The notes under the pieces were generated by a model that was not told the DNA's origin, did no database searches, and saw only the letters and a list, made by a program, of their open reading frames with translations. From positions 320,001 to 384,000 of the forward strand of contig JBGPIA010000001.1 of assembly GCA_041484665.1 (NCBI GenBank): a stretch of 64,000 nt of DNA, given 5' to 3'. This document shows positions 20,728 to 31,182 of the stretch, piece after piece. The translations under genes were made by a program, and so were the position numbers. The stretch comes from Candidatus Krumholzibacteriia bacterium. Its GTDB lineage: Bacteria > Krumholzibacteriota > Krumholzibacteriia > JAJRXK01. Every line of letters starts with the position of its first letter. Positions within the stretch are counted from its first letter, which is position 1.

Positions 20728-21951
20728 ATGCACCGTTTCCGCCTCCCCGCCACACTGCCCGCGCCCCACGCCACCGCGTGGATCTCCCCCACTGCCACAC
20801 TGCTCGCCGTGGGCCTTTGGCTCATCGCAACGGCTACCGCGGTTTCTGGTGAGGAGCATAGCGCGGCGCAGCAGCAGCCTGCGGCACTCCAGCAGCCCCC
20901 AGCGCAGCAGCCTGCCACTCCCGCGCAGTCGACACCTCCAACGCAACCCGCCAGGCACCCGCCGGCGGTCGCTCCGTTGACGATCGACCGCTGGCTGGAG
21001 CTGGGGCCGGGCGACCTGCCGCTCCCAGCGTTGGCCGAAGACGACGACAAGCACAAGGTGGGCGAGGGCGAGCTGCTCGCGAATCCACCGCTCGACACCA
21101 AGGACCTCTGGCCACGCGCGATGCAAAGGGTGGTGTAGCCGGGCGGGGGAATGGGCAGTGGAGGGGGCGCGATGCCGTGTGCGGGTGCCGGCGCAGGCGC
21201 TCCCGCGGGTGCCCTCGCGTGGGCAGAGGTTGCTGCGCCTGCGGGGCAGCTGACACTGGCAGAGCCCGTGGCGGGACGACCACAGGCGGCGCTGCTGGCC
21301 GCCTACCTGTCGGCGGCGAAGTTCACGAAGGCAAAGCTTGCCATCGGCACGACGCATCCGTTCACGGCGTATCTGGACGGCAAGCGGATCACCGACCGCG
21401 CCAAACCGGATTCATCGGCCGCCGACGTATCCACCGACCTCAAGCTCACCCAGGGCAAGCACGTGCTGCTGCTGGTCGCGCTGTCCGACCCTAGGGGCTC
21501 CAAAGCGTGGACGGTGACGGCGAGACTGACCGCGGCCGATGAGGCAGCCCGCGCCGCGCTGCTGGCGGACGCCGACCCGCAGCGCGCCATCCGGGTGCTC
21601 GACTACCTGAACGCCGATGCCGTCTCGAACGTCGAGCTGTCGGCGTCAGTCGCAGCCCTGGAGTACGCTACGGGCCGCGCGCCCGTGATGCTCGGTAAGC
21701 CGGCACCGGAGTTCTACCGGTCGGCGCTGGCGCTGCTGCGGATCGACGAGAGCGAAGCGGCGTAGGTCGTGATGATCGGCGATGACATCCTTGTGGACGT
21801 CGCCACGGCGCAGCGCGCGGGGATGCGCGGGGTCCTCGTGCGCACCGGGAAGTTCCACCCCGACGATGTGCAGCGCGGTGTGGAGCCCGCCGCGGTACTG
21901 GACTCGGTTGCCGAGCTACCCCAGTGGTGTCAAGGGGAGGCCGCGCGCTGA
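20728..21951 (+). pseudogene. Chimeric relic: N-terminal part of a secreted (probably S9 peptidase-type) protein fused to the C-terminal half of a HAD-IIA hydrolase, with two in-frame TAG stops
   Basis: Three ORFs in one frame separated by TAG at 21136-21138 and 21763-21765. From about 21645: VAALEYATG..LGKPAPEFY, MIGDD..DV..AQRAGMRGVLVRTGKF (HAD-IIA). Confidence 0.65.
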
Positions 21952-22210
21952 TGCGGTCCGCCGCCGGGCGCTGAGCCTGGACGCCTTGGCGTCGGGCGCA
22001 ACCGCAGCGTCTCCGCCTGGTCCGCTGCCAGCGTGCACCTTCACTCGCCGTAATCCGCCCATGGCTTGACGGTCGCCCCGGTGGACGGCCCACCCCGCCG
22101 GGTGTGCCGGCCGGGCTCCACGCCCTTACCACGACGCGCTCTCCGTAGAGCTGCGCGCGCGCCGGAGAGATCGGCGCGCGCCTCGGGGTCACAGGCTGTG
22201 ATTGCAGCGG

Positions 22211-22780
22211 TCAGTGGGAGTGCGAGCCGCCTTCATCTGCGCCGCGTTCGACCTGCACCTTGGGCACCACCGGGTTCTTGAAGTGATCGATGACTGACTC
22301 CAGGGCCGCCACCGCGTCGGTCTTGCCCGCTGCAAGCGCGTACTTCAGCTGGATCTCCAGGACGCCCAGTTGCGCCTGCTGCTTGGCAGCTTGCACCTGA
22401 CGCTGCAGGGCCATCGCCTCGTCGGCGCTGGGGCCTGCGGCCAGCTTGGCTTCCAGCGCGGCGACGGCCTGATGCTCCTGCTCCAGGAGCTGTCGGATCT
22501 CCTCGTGCATGGGGGCCGCCACGACCGCAGCGGGCGGCGCCTGCCCATCGATCTGCACCGTTTGTATCGCCGCTGAGGCGTTGTCAGTCGCAGCCGTCGC
22601 GCCGGCACCAGCGGGTGCAGGCACCGCGGTCTGGGGATCCTGCGCCGGGGCACTTGCTGGGGCAGGAGCGGCCTTGCGCGCCGCCCAGGCGCCTGGCGAG
22701 GCGGATAGCGCAAGCAGCGCCAGGAGCGCGATCGCGCCGAGGAATGGAAGGGCGTTCGAGCTGCGATTTCGCCGGAACAT
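22211..22780 (-). CDS. Hypothetical secreted coiled-coil protein
   Basis: ATG after GGAGG, signal peptide (LLALLALSASPGAWA), Ala/Pro linker and a helical Gln/Ala-rich domain. Confidence 0.7.
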   Translation of the reverse strand: MFRRNRSSNALPFLGAIALLALLALSASPGAWAARKAAPAPASAPAQDPQTAVPAPAGAGATAATDNASAAIQTVQIDGQAPPAAVVAAPMHEEIRQLLEQEHQAVAALEAKLAAGPSADEAMALQRQVQAAKQQAQLGVLEIQLKYALAAGKTDAVAALESVIDHFKNPVVPKVQVERGADEGGSHSH

Positions 22781-22875
22781 GGATGGTACCTCCAGGATGA
22801 GAAGAGCCTTCAGAGGAGAGGGTTTGGTCATTGTGACGCTGGATTCGAGGTCAGTACTGGAACGCATGGCGTGCC

Positions 22876-25800
22876 TCACTTCACAAGCATCAGCTTGCGC
22901 CGGTCGAGCGCGCCGGCGCTCTGCAGCTGCACGAGGTACACGCCGCTGGCCACGGAGAGGCCGGTGTCGTCGATGCCGTCCCACACCACCGAGTAGTGGC
23001 CGGCCTCGCGCACGCCGCTCTCCAGGGTCCGCACCAACTGCCCGCGCAGGTTGTAGATCGCCACCAGGATGCTGCCGCTGTGCGCCAGGTCGAACTCGAC
23101 GGTCGTGCGCGGATTGAACGGGTTGGGGTGGGCATCGCGCAGGGCCGTAACCTCGGGAGGCGTGCGCGGCCCCGGCTGGTCGCCCGAGACATCGGTGGCC
23201 CCGGCGTCGAACACCAGCCGGAACTGCCCCGAGCTGGCGAGGTCCACCGCTCCCGCCTTCCACACGCTCAGGCAGTAGTTTCCGGTCACGGGGATCTGCA
23301 CGGTGAGGTACTCGTTCTGTCCGGGCCCGTTCACATTGGCGAACCAGCCGGGCTGGGGGGCAGACTTGCTGCCGAACGAAACCAACGCGTCGTGCAGCGT
23401 GATGCCCCAGTCCACCGATCCCGTAACGTTTTCCAGGCGGATGTTGTAGAAACCGGCGCTGAGCCCGACCTCGAATAGCTGGAGGATGTGCCCGCTTCCC
23501 AGCGTGTACGGCCCGTGAGCTGCCTTGGCGGTGCCGAGCGAGGTCGAGGCGACCACCTCCGCCGTGTAACCCTGGGTGCCCGTCCAGCGCATGACCCCGG
23601 CGTCGAACGCGCGGAAGGGCATGACGTGGAAGTTGGCCAGCACGTAGTCCGACTGCGCCGTACCCCACGCCGAGCTCGTCTGCCCGAGATCGAAGCCAGA
23701 CTTCGCTCCGCTGGAGGTCTCGAAGAGCGCGAGGTCGACATCGCTCGCTGCGCCAGGCATGAGGGCAACGGCGGCGAAGTAGCCGTCGGCGCCGCTGGGG
23801 GCAAACACGGGAGTGCGCAGCCCGTCGCAGTTGTAGTACAGCGGGTCGAGCGTGGTGATGTCCACCCAGCCACCGTTGAGCACCGGAGGCGCGCCGCGCG
23901 TCACCGGCGTGTTGAGCGCCAGCTGCAGCGGCGTCCACACCCACGGCTCCCCGTACAAGTTGTTGGTCTCGTAGATCTCCTCGACCAGATTGGATGGATC
24001 CAAGCGCATGGAGAGGACGTGGCGCCCGCCGGACACTACCAGTTGCGGCGTGTTGTTCACGAACGCCGTGCCGAGGCCCGGATCCACCGGCAGCGTGGGG
24101 CTGGCGATCGCCTGCCCGTCCAGCAGCACGTCCGCCGCGAACGACGGCACGAAGGTGGGGCTGGCGTTGGTCGCCATCAGGTTGAGGTACGTCGTACCGC
24201 CGCCCGGCAGCGTCAGCGGAGCCGGCGCATTGAACTCGTTGCCGTCGGCGGTGACCCGTGGCACCAGCGGGGCGTACCAGCCGAAGAACGTCAACGGCTC
24301 GAAGTCCGGCGGGGTCTTCTCGACCTTCATCGTGACCGAGATGGGCGGGTTGCTGATCTTGCCGGCGCCGCCGGTGGGGTTGCGGTACAGCACCAGACAG
24401 TAATAGCCGGCGGCGCTCACGTTCAGGTCCAGGCGCACCCGACCGGTCTGCGGGTCGCTTCCCGCGGACGCCGACGCGTTGCTCTGTCCGGCCACCGTGG
24501 TCGAGCGATCGAACCAGGCCAGGTGCACGGGCCCCTGCGAAGGGCTGCCCAGATCGGCCACGACGCTCACCGGACCCACGTCCGCCCCGAACACCCAAAC
24601 CTCCCAGAGCTTAAGCATCTCGTCCTGGGCGAAGCTCACGGCGAGCGACTGAGCCGCGCTGGGAGACAACGCGCTGCTGCCGCTGACACCGAGGTGGTAG
24701 TTGCCGGTGAGCACGTCGGTGTAGTCGAGGATCCCGGCATCCCAGTTCTGCGCCGGTTGCAGGTTGTTGTTCACCAGGACGAAGTCCAAGGCCCCGCGGC
24801 CGTAGGCCGAACCGGCCACGGCGTTGACGAACCCGTTGGTCAGCCAGCTCGTGGGTTGGTAGAGGTACAGATCGTAGTCGGCCGCGTTGTCCAGACTGTG
24901 CATCCAGCACGCCGTCCACCAATGCCCGTCGGAAAGGGGGTTGGTCGCTAGGCGCATCCCGTCGAGGTTCTGGTGGATCGGCGGGGAGGGAATGGTCGAC
25001 GTGCCGCCGTAGGGCGACGGCGGGCTGGCGCGCTCGACCATGGCGCCGCTGGCGACGGTGGACGGCGTCCAGGCCCACTGGTGGCCATAGGAGTTGTCGG
25101 TCTCGTCGCTCTCGAGCACGGCGTTCGTGGCGTCCACGACGCCCGACAGCGTGTGCAGCCCGCCGGTGGCATACACCACAGTGATGTATCGCGTGTTGAT
25201 CGCGCCGGCCTCCAGGGGAAGGATGCCGTACTGGTTTCCGAAGATCCCATCCACGTACAGATTGGTATAGGTGACCACCCCCGTGCTCACCTCACCCGTG
25301 TTCCACACCAGATTGTTGGCGTAGCTGTAGGCATCGCCCGTCACGGCGGACGGAACGCCGTCGGCGGCCGCGCGCGGCACCAGCGGGGCCTCCCAGGTCC
25401 AGCCGAACGGCAGCGCCTGGACGAGGTTGGCCGGGATCGCGGCGCGGATGCCGATGGCTCCGAGCTTGGTCCAGTTGGTGCTCACCCGCCCCGCGCGGTC
25501 GATGGCGCGGATGGAGAACCACCAGTTGCCCGGCGCCAACGTCCCGGTCGTGTAGCTGGTGACGTCCCCGATGTCAATGGTGCCGTCGGGCCCGAACGCC
25601 GGGTCGTATTGCGTCATCATGACGCTGTACCCGCCGACCCCGGAGCAATCGTCCGAGGCGCGCGTCCAGGCGTAGGTGATCTTGGGATTGGTGCTGTCGA
25701 AGATCCCCACCGTGTGCGTTGTCGAGACAAGGTTCGTTACCACGCCGGGCTCGAACTGGTCCAGTTCGTAGCCGCAGTTCTTCGCCGTCGCCCACAGCCC

Positions 25801-27522
25801 CTCCGCGTACTGCGGATAGCGCGCCTTGAAGGCGTTGAGGAACCCCATGGGCGTGAACGTCTTGTCGACGGTAACCGTCGTCAGGATCGGCGCATCCCCA
25901 AGCGCGAGCTCATCCGCTCCCCCCGGGTAGACGCCGTGGACGTCCTGGGTGCCGTCCTCGATGTCGCGCATGACCGCTCCCAGGAACCCCTCGGTCCGAG
26001 TGGGGTCGTCGTACGGGCCACTGCACGTGGCGAGACCCTCCATGTTGAGGGTGGTCAGCGGCTTGATGCCGTAGTCTCCTTGCAGAGACCGCGTGATGAT
26101 GTCACCCACCCAGTCCGCGAACCCTTCCTCGTAGGCGTCGTGATCGGTCTCGCGGCACCACATGCAGTGGCCGCAGCCCTGGCTACCACTGTCGCAGATG
26201 CCGTTGCAGTAGTCCGAGCCCACGCTCTTCCCGAAGCAATTGATGAAGTGGTGTCCGTACTCGTGCAAGTGCACGGCTTCGAGCCAGGCGTGACTATTCG
26301 AGACCGTATCCAGGATGAAGATCGCCTTGCCGTAGGAGATCCAGTCTACGGTGAACGACCAGCTCGCGTCGGGGAACCGTCCGGCGACGGTCTGGCAGTC
26401 ATAGCCGTGGTTGAAGAACCACCGCCACCCCCGCACGAAATCGGTGTGGATGTGGACGGCCTTGCGATCGCGGTCCGACGGGGGTGCCACCGTGCCGTAG
26501 TCGAGATCGCTGCCGGGGTAATCGTAGGTGACCGACGTCTGCCAGGAGTACGTCGACGAAAGCAGATCGGTCCCCTTCACGTGCACCTTGGAGTTGTTCA
26601 GCTCGAAGATCAGGTACAGATCCGGGTTCTCCGAGTTGGAGTTCCAGAAAAAGGTGACGTCGAAATAGCCGAAGGCGTCGGTGGCGACCGCGAACAGCTG
26701 GGAGTCCCCCCAGTCCTTCTTGTGATAGCCGCGCACCGCGACCGCGTCGCCGCCCACGAAGAGATTGTCCGAGCGGACGTACCCGAAGCGGCCGTGCACC
26801 CGGATCGAGCGCGCCTGTGTGGCGGTGGCCGGGCCTGACGCGTTGCTCGTGATGGCTCCGGTGGACGTGACGGTGGCCTGCAGCATCTCTGCCGGGAGCG
26901 GCGGCACGGGCATGGGCTTCGCTCGCAGTGCGGCCGGGGGTGGGGGCGCGCTCGCGTCGGGGATCTTCTCCAGGGGCCCCGGCCCCAGAGTGTGCTGGTA
27001 GGCCTCCGCCGAGAGGTCGATCGTGAGGTGCCCCACCATCGTTCCCATGTGGAACGACACCAGCAGCGGGTACGGCCCCTCCGCGGGCGTCCCCTGGAAG
27101 GGGACCCGCACCGGAACTCCCGGGGTCATGGAGAACTCCGAGGGGCCGCTGTAGGAGACGGCGGTCCACGAGTCGCCCTCAATCGTGAGCCCCATCAGCA
27201 CGTCGTTGACGCCGGAGGTCACGATGAGGGTGTCGCGGAACACCTGCCCGATCTGGGCGGGGCGTGGCCGGCCGGCCAGCTGGACGAAGACCGGAGGCCC
27301 AGTATCGGCGCTGGCGACACCGGACAGGCCCGCGACCACGGCGACAAGCAGCAGTGGCACCGCCCAGAGCGGTCGGACCAAACGCCGGCGCGCGAACCGT
27401 GAAGTGCCGGGGCGGTCAGAGAGCGGCCCGCGCGCGGCCGGGTGATCGGGCCACAAGCCCAGCCGCAGGGGGCTTGCGGCGCAATGGGAGCCAGATGTCG
27501 GGGCGTCGTTCGCGATGCGCAT
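22876..27522 (-). CDS. Large secreted zinc metallopeptidase-like protein (HEYGH..EGFAD, FN3-like, two CARDB-like repeats, C-terminal FlgD-Ig domain)
   Basis: Signal-like VPLLLVAVVAGLSGVASA, HLHEYGHH, YEEGFADW, FN3-like segment, VLESDETDN/VEEIYETNN, and PNPFNPRT..WDG..SGVY C-terminus. Start uncertain. Confidence 0.8.
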   Translation of the reverse strand: MRIANDAPTSGSHCAASPLRLGLWPDHPAARGPLSDRPGTSRFARRRLVRPLWAVPLLLVAVVAGLSGVASADTGPPVFVQLAGRPRPAQIGQVFRDTLIVTSGVNDVLMGLTIEGDSWTAVSYSGPSEFSMTPGVPVRVPFQGTPAEGPYPLLVSFHMGTMVGHLTIDLSAEAYQHTLGPGPLEKIPDASAPPPPAALRAKPMPVPPLPAEMLQATVTSTGAITSNASGPATATQARSIRVHGRFGYVRSDNLFVGGDAVAVRGYHKKDWGDSQLFAVATDAFGYFDVTFFWNSNSENPDLYLIFELNNSKVHVKGTDLLSSTYSWQTSVTYDYPGSDLDYGTVAPPSDRDRKAVHIHTDFVRGWRWFFNHGYDCQTVAGRFPDASWSFTVDWISYGKAIFILDTVSNSHAWLEAVHLHEYGHHFINCFGKSVGSDYCNGICDSGSQGCGHCMWCRETDHDAYEEGFADWVGDIITRSLQGDYGIKPLTTLNMEGLATCSGPYDDPTRTEGFLGAVMRDIEDGTQDVHGVYPGGADELALGDAPILTTVTVDKTFTPMGFLNAFKARYPQYAEGLWATAKNCGYELDQFEPGVVTNLVSTTHTVGIFDSTNPKITYAWTRASDDCSGVGGYSVMMTQYDPAFGPDGTIDIGDVTSYTTGTLAPGNWWFSIRAIDRAGRVSTNWTKLGAIGIRAAIPANLVQALPFGWTWEAPLVPRAAADGVPSAVTGDAYSYANNLVWNTGEVSTGVVTYTNLYVDGIFGNQYGILPLEAGAINTRYITVVYATGGLHTLSGVVDATNAVLESDETDNSYGHQWAWTPSTVASGAMVERASPPSPYGGTSTIPSPPIHQNLDGMRLATNPLSDGHWWTACWMHSLDNAADYDLYLYQPTSWLTNGFVNAVAGSAYGRGALDFVLVNNNLQPAQNWDAGILDYTDVLTGNYHLGVSGSSALSPSAAQSLAVSFAQDEMLKLWEVWVFGADVGPVSVVADLGSPSQGPVHLAWFDRSTTVAGQSNASASAGSDPQTGRVRLDLNVSAAGYYCLVLYRNPTGGAGKISNPPISVTMKVEKTPPDFEPLTFFGWYAPLVPRVTADGNEFNAPAPLTLPGGGTTYLNLMATNASPTFVPSFAADVLLDGQAIASPTLPVDPGLGTAFVNNTPQLVVSGGRHVLSMRLDPSNLVEEIYETNNLYGEPWVWTPLQLALNTPVTRGAPPVLNGGWVDITTLDPLYYNCDGLRTPVFAPSGADGYFAAVALMPGAASDVDLALFETSSGAKSGFDLGQTSSAWGTAQSDYVLANFHVMPFRAFDAGVMRWTGTQGYTAEVVASTSLGTAKAAHGPYTLGSGHILQLFEVGLSAGFYNIRLENVTGSVDWGITLHDALVSFGSKSAPQPGWFANVNGPGQNEYLTVQIPVTGNYCLSVWKAGAVDLASSGQFRLVFDAGATDVSGDQPGPRTPPEVTALRDAHPNPFNPRTTVEFDLAHSGSILVAIYNLRGQLVRTLESGVREAGHYSVVWDGIDDTGLSVASGVYLVQLQSAGALDRRKLMLVK

Positions 27523-28020
27523 GTCAGGATCCTTCTTCACGGAAGTTGCGCCGGGCCGTACAGCAGCGGTTCGGCAGGGAGGCTGGCCGGGCGGCGCGGC
27601 CTCCGGTTGCTGACAAGGTCGTGGGGCTTCTGAATGTGTGACGCATGCTGCGGCAACAGGCGTGCTGCCACATGGGTCCACGTCAAGCGTAGCACTTCCG
27701 AGACGGCTCCTGGCGGGCGTCCACTGGCCTCCGTGGCCGTGGCGGGCAATTCGGCCCTTCCGAATCCAGCGTCGCAGCAACGATGCGCGCTCGCACGATC
27801 CTCGGAACCTCGGTCGCTCGTCGAACTTTCTCCTTTGTTTCGCCATCCCTCCGAGTGCGACCCCGATCGCTGGGGGAACGGCGCGGTTCGCTTCCGACGT
27901 GGGCGAAGCGGCTTCCGCCGCCCGCCCGGTGCTGGGGGTCCCACGTCGGTAGCGCAACGGGTCGCGGTCTGAGAGCACCACCCGCAGCTCGCGCGCACGT
28001 CTCTGTTCCGGGGACCGCCG

Positions 28021-28266
28021 TGGCGCTGCGTGGGCCCGATGGTCCAGGGCGGGCGCGTGGTGGAGGTCGAGCCCGTCCCAGGTAGGCCCGTCCAGCCTCT
28101 GCGTGCCCTACGCTACGGGCAGGCTCTGGCGCACCGACAACGATGGGGCGACGTTCACACCGCTCTTCGATGCGGAGCCCTTGGTCATCATCGGCGACGT
28201 CGCCGTCGACCTCAGCGATCCGAGGGTCGTGTAGGTCGGCACGGGCGAGAACAACTCCTCCAGAGT
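28021..28266 (+). pseudogene. Relic of the N-terminus of a BNR/VPS10-type beta-propeller glycosyl hydrolase
   Basis: WRCVGPMVQGGRVVEVE, then a frameshift, then YATGRLWRTDNDGATFTPLFD..IGDVAVDLSDPRVV*VGTGENNS with TAG at 28232-28234. Confidence 0.65.
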
Positions 28267-28957
28267 TCATTGCGAGAGCCTGGAGCGCGCGCCAGTCATC
28301 GGCCACCTCGGAGGCTGCGCCATCACGAACCAATTGGCGCGCCGGCATTGTCCATTCCGGAGATGCGATCTCGGCACGTGTCGACACTGCCGGCGGACCG
28401 GGGAGCTTCACAATGCGGATGCGATCCCCAGCATCGCCCGGCTCCGAACGAAGTGCCTCGAAATCACGGATCGGAAGACGCCCACAGCGAGGTCTCCGAC
28501 GGCCGCTGCGCGTTCCATCAAGTTCGGCGCACGTCTCGTTCGCGGCCCCACCCACACGCGGACCGCTCCCACGCCCAAGTCGAGCCTCCGCCGGCTCGCC
28601 CGGACCCTGGCGCCGCCCGCGCCCGGACTTCCATGGAGGGCACGATGACGGCTGCGGGCTCCCGCGCGTGACCCGTCTGGCATCCCGTCGCCGCAAGACG
28701 GACTGCGACGGGCAACGGCGGTCGCTTCTTCCCATCCGTGGCGCGAAGTGGAGTCGCCACGTGCCAACGACTGTGCCGGTCGCGCGTCCGCTGCGTCCTC
28801 GCGGCTCGTGTGACGCGCGCCGACGTCCTTGCGCGCTGCTGCGAAGTCGGTGCGTGGTACAATTGGATATCGACAACGCTGCCCAGACAACTCGGGCTGG
28901 TGGGATGTCGTCGCAACATCAGGTCATGCAACCCACCTCGCAATCAGGGAGGGCAGG

Positions 28958-29728
28958 ATGAACCGCACGGCTACAGGACTTGCGTCACTCGCTGTGGGAA
29001 TATTCGGGATGACTGCGCCGATGGCGCACGCCTCGTTCACCGTGATCTGGGGCACGTCGTGGGATGGCGCGTCGTTGCAGGATGTGCTGGACGCCGAGTA
29101 CGGCGTCGGCGCGATCGACGCTGCGACCGACTACGAGGGGTTCAAGCCGGAAGACATGGACCCCCCATACTGGCGCGACGATGCGCTGAACAGCTGGATC
29201 GTGCGCGAGATCGCCGGCTTCCGCGACACCAACATCATGGGCTGGTACAAGGAGACCTGCCGCAAGCCATGTCTGGACGACCTGCGCAACCAGGTGATTT
29301 TCACGGGACCGATGGCCGAGGGCGCCACGGTGCAGGTGACGTTTCCCTGCGGAACCACCAAGTTCGGATTCTATCTCAATCCCAACGGGACGAACGACTC
29401 GGCCAACGCCCCCGAGCCGGAGCTGTTCTTCACGAACCGCTGCTACAATGACGATGGACCCAGGGGGCATGGAACGGTTCATGAGCCGACTGGCGGGGAT
29501 CCCCAGTGCCTGATCTACAATGTCACGCGGCTGCGCGGCGGCGTTCCGTCCTTCGTGCTCGCCTGGGAGGATCTGGATTCGGGCGGCGAGATCGCGCCGA
29601 GCTATGCACCCGGGAAGACCGACAACGACTTCCAGGATCTCGTCGTGGAGATCTCAGCGGCCTCCCCCATGCCGATTGAGCAGTCGAGCTGGGGGCGCGT
29701 GAAGACTCTCTTCGGGGGCGGCCAGTAG
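28958..29728 (+). CDS. Secreted DUF4114-like protein with C-terminal SWGRVKTLF tail
   Basis: ATG after GGGAGG, signal peptide (AHA), KFGFYL, LAWEDL..TDNDFQDLVVEI, ends PIEQSSWGRVKTLFGGGQ. Confidence 0.75.
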   Translation: MNRTATGLASLAVGIFGMTAPMAHASFTVIWGTSWDGASLQDVLDAEYGVGAIDAATDYEGFKPEDMDPPYWRDDALNSWIVREIAGFRDTNIMGWYKETCRKPCLDDLRNQVIFTGPMAEGATVQVTFPCGTTKFGFYLNPNGTNDSANAPEPELFFTNRCYNDDGPRGHGTVHEPTGGDPQCLIYNVTRLRGGVPSFVLAWEDLDSGGEIAPSYAPGKTDNDFQDLVVEISAASPMPIEQSSWGRVKTLFGGGQ

Positions 29729-30165
29729 GGAAGAGAGGCGCGCGGGAAGCCGTGGGGCTGGCGATGCGTTGCGAATCTGTGCTCACTGCTCGTCGCGCCC
29801 GTTGCCCGCCCCACGCTCGTCATTCTGGTGTGGCTCAGCCATCAGTTCCTGGCCCCTCGGTGGACACGGCCTCTTCCGCCCCCCAGAGCGGCCTGGGGCC
29901 CACTAGGATTCCATCGGCGCCTGGTGAAGTCTGCGCCGCTTCAGAGAAGGGCGTTCGACCCGCGCCCCGGTCGCCGACTCGGGCTCGCGACGCGAAGCTG
30001 CGCGGATTGCCGAAAGCAGGCCAGCTGGAGCTCGAACCCCACCCCGTCGAACGATCGAGGCCACGTTTCGATTTCGTGATGCCGTTCGATGGCCGTGCCT
30101 ACCAAGCACCCTATCCGCCCGGCCAGTGCTACACTTCCGCGCCCTCCAACCCACGGGCCTTCACG

Positions 30166-31182
30166 ATGCCCACCCTGATTCCACGCTCCCTGCTGGCCGG
30201 TCTGCAGGCCCGGCGATCCCTGGTCCTCGAGAATCTCGCCCTCCGCCACCTGGTCCAGGTCCTCCAGCGAGGCGGCAAGCGTCCCCGGCTGAACAACCGC
30301 GACCGTGGCCTTTGGGTGATCCTGCCACAGGTCTGGAGCGATCGGTGACGCCCGCTCCTGATGGTAGGCCCCGACACGGTCGTCCGCTGGCACCGTGCCG
30401 GCTACCGACTCTACTGGCGTTTGAAAAGCCAGAGGCGTCGGTGTGGCCGGCCGCGCCTCACACCTGAAGAGCGCGAACTCATCCGCCGCATGGCCCGCGA
30501 GAACCCCCTGTGGGGCGCGCCACGGATGCATGGCGAGCTGCTGAAGCTCGGCGTCGAGATGAGCCAGGCCACGGTGGCCAAGTACATGAAAGGCCGTCGG
30601 CCGCCATCCCAGGGCTGGAAGACCTTCCGGGTCAACCACCCCCACGAGATCGCGTCGGTCGACTTCTTCGAGGTCCCGACCGCGACGATGCGCAGCTTGT
30701 ACGTCTTCCTGGTGCTCGCCTACGATCGCCGGCGGGTGCTGGGATTCGAGGTAACCGATCCGAAGTCCGGGAAATGGGCAGCCGAGCAGGTCATCGAGAC
30801 CCCAGACTTCGACGGCGCGCCGAGGTTCGTCGTGCGCGACGGCGATCACAAGTACGGCGACGTGTTTGGAGCGCCCGCCGGCCGGGCCCGCCTCGAGCAG
30901 ATCGTGTCGGCGCGGCACTCGCCCTGGCAGAACGGGTACGTCGAGAGGCTCATCGGGACTATCCGCCGGGAGTGCCTGGATCACGTCATCGTGTTCGGAG
31001 CGGGCCACCTGCGGCTCGTGCTCGGCGAGTACCTCGACGACTACCACCGGTCACGGACGCACCTTAGCCTGGAGAAGGACTGCACGGTGCCGAGGGGCGT
31101 GGAGCCGCGAGAGGCCGGGTGGACCGTGAGCCTCGAGGTGCTCGGCGGGCTTCACGACCGGTACGTACGACGGACTGCCTGA
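30166..31182 (+). mobile_element. Integrase-core (rve, DDE) transposase of an IS element, interrupted by an in-frame stop
   Basis: LVLENLALRH, PDTVVRWHR, MARENPLWGAPR.HGELLKLG, SVDFF (D), VRDGD (D), SPWQNGYVERLIGTIRRECLDH (E). TGA at 30346-30348. Confidence 0.85.

Noticed and set aside
21136..28234. Three in-frame TAG codons as evidence for pyrrolysine or amber recoding
   Set aside because: All lie in truncated or chimeric relics at positions expected to be Trp or Gln. Many intact genes in the window use TAG as a true stop.
29752..30165. Upstream extension of the transposase ORF and overlapping small ORFs
   Set aside because: No recognisable motifs or RBS. Transposase similarity begins near 30166.
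30346..30348. In-frame TGA in the transposase as possible selenocysteine
   Set aside because: No Cys/redox context. It is best explained as a nonsense mutation in a decaying IS.
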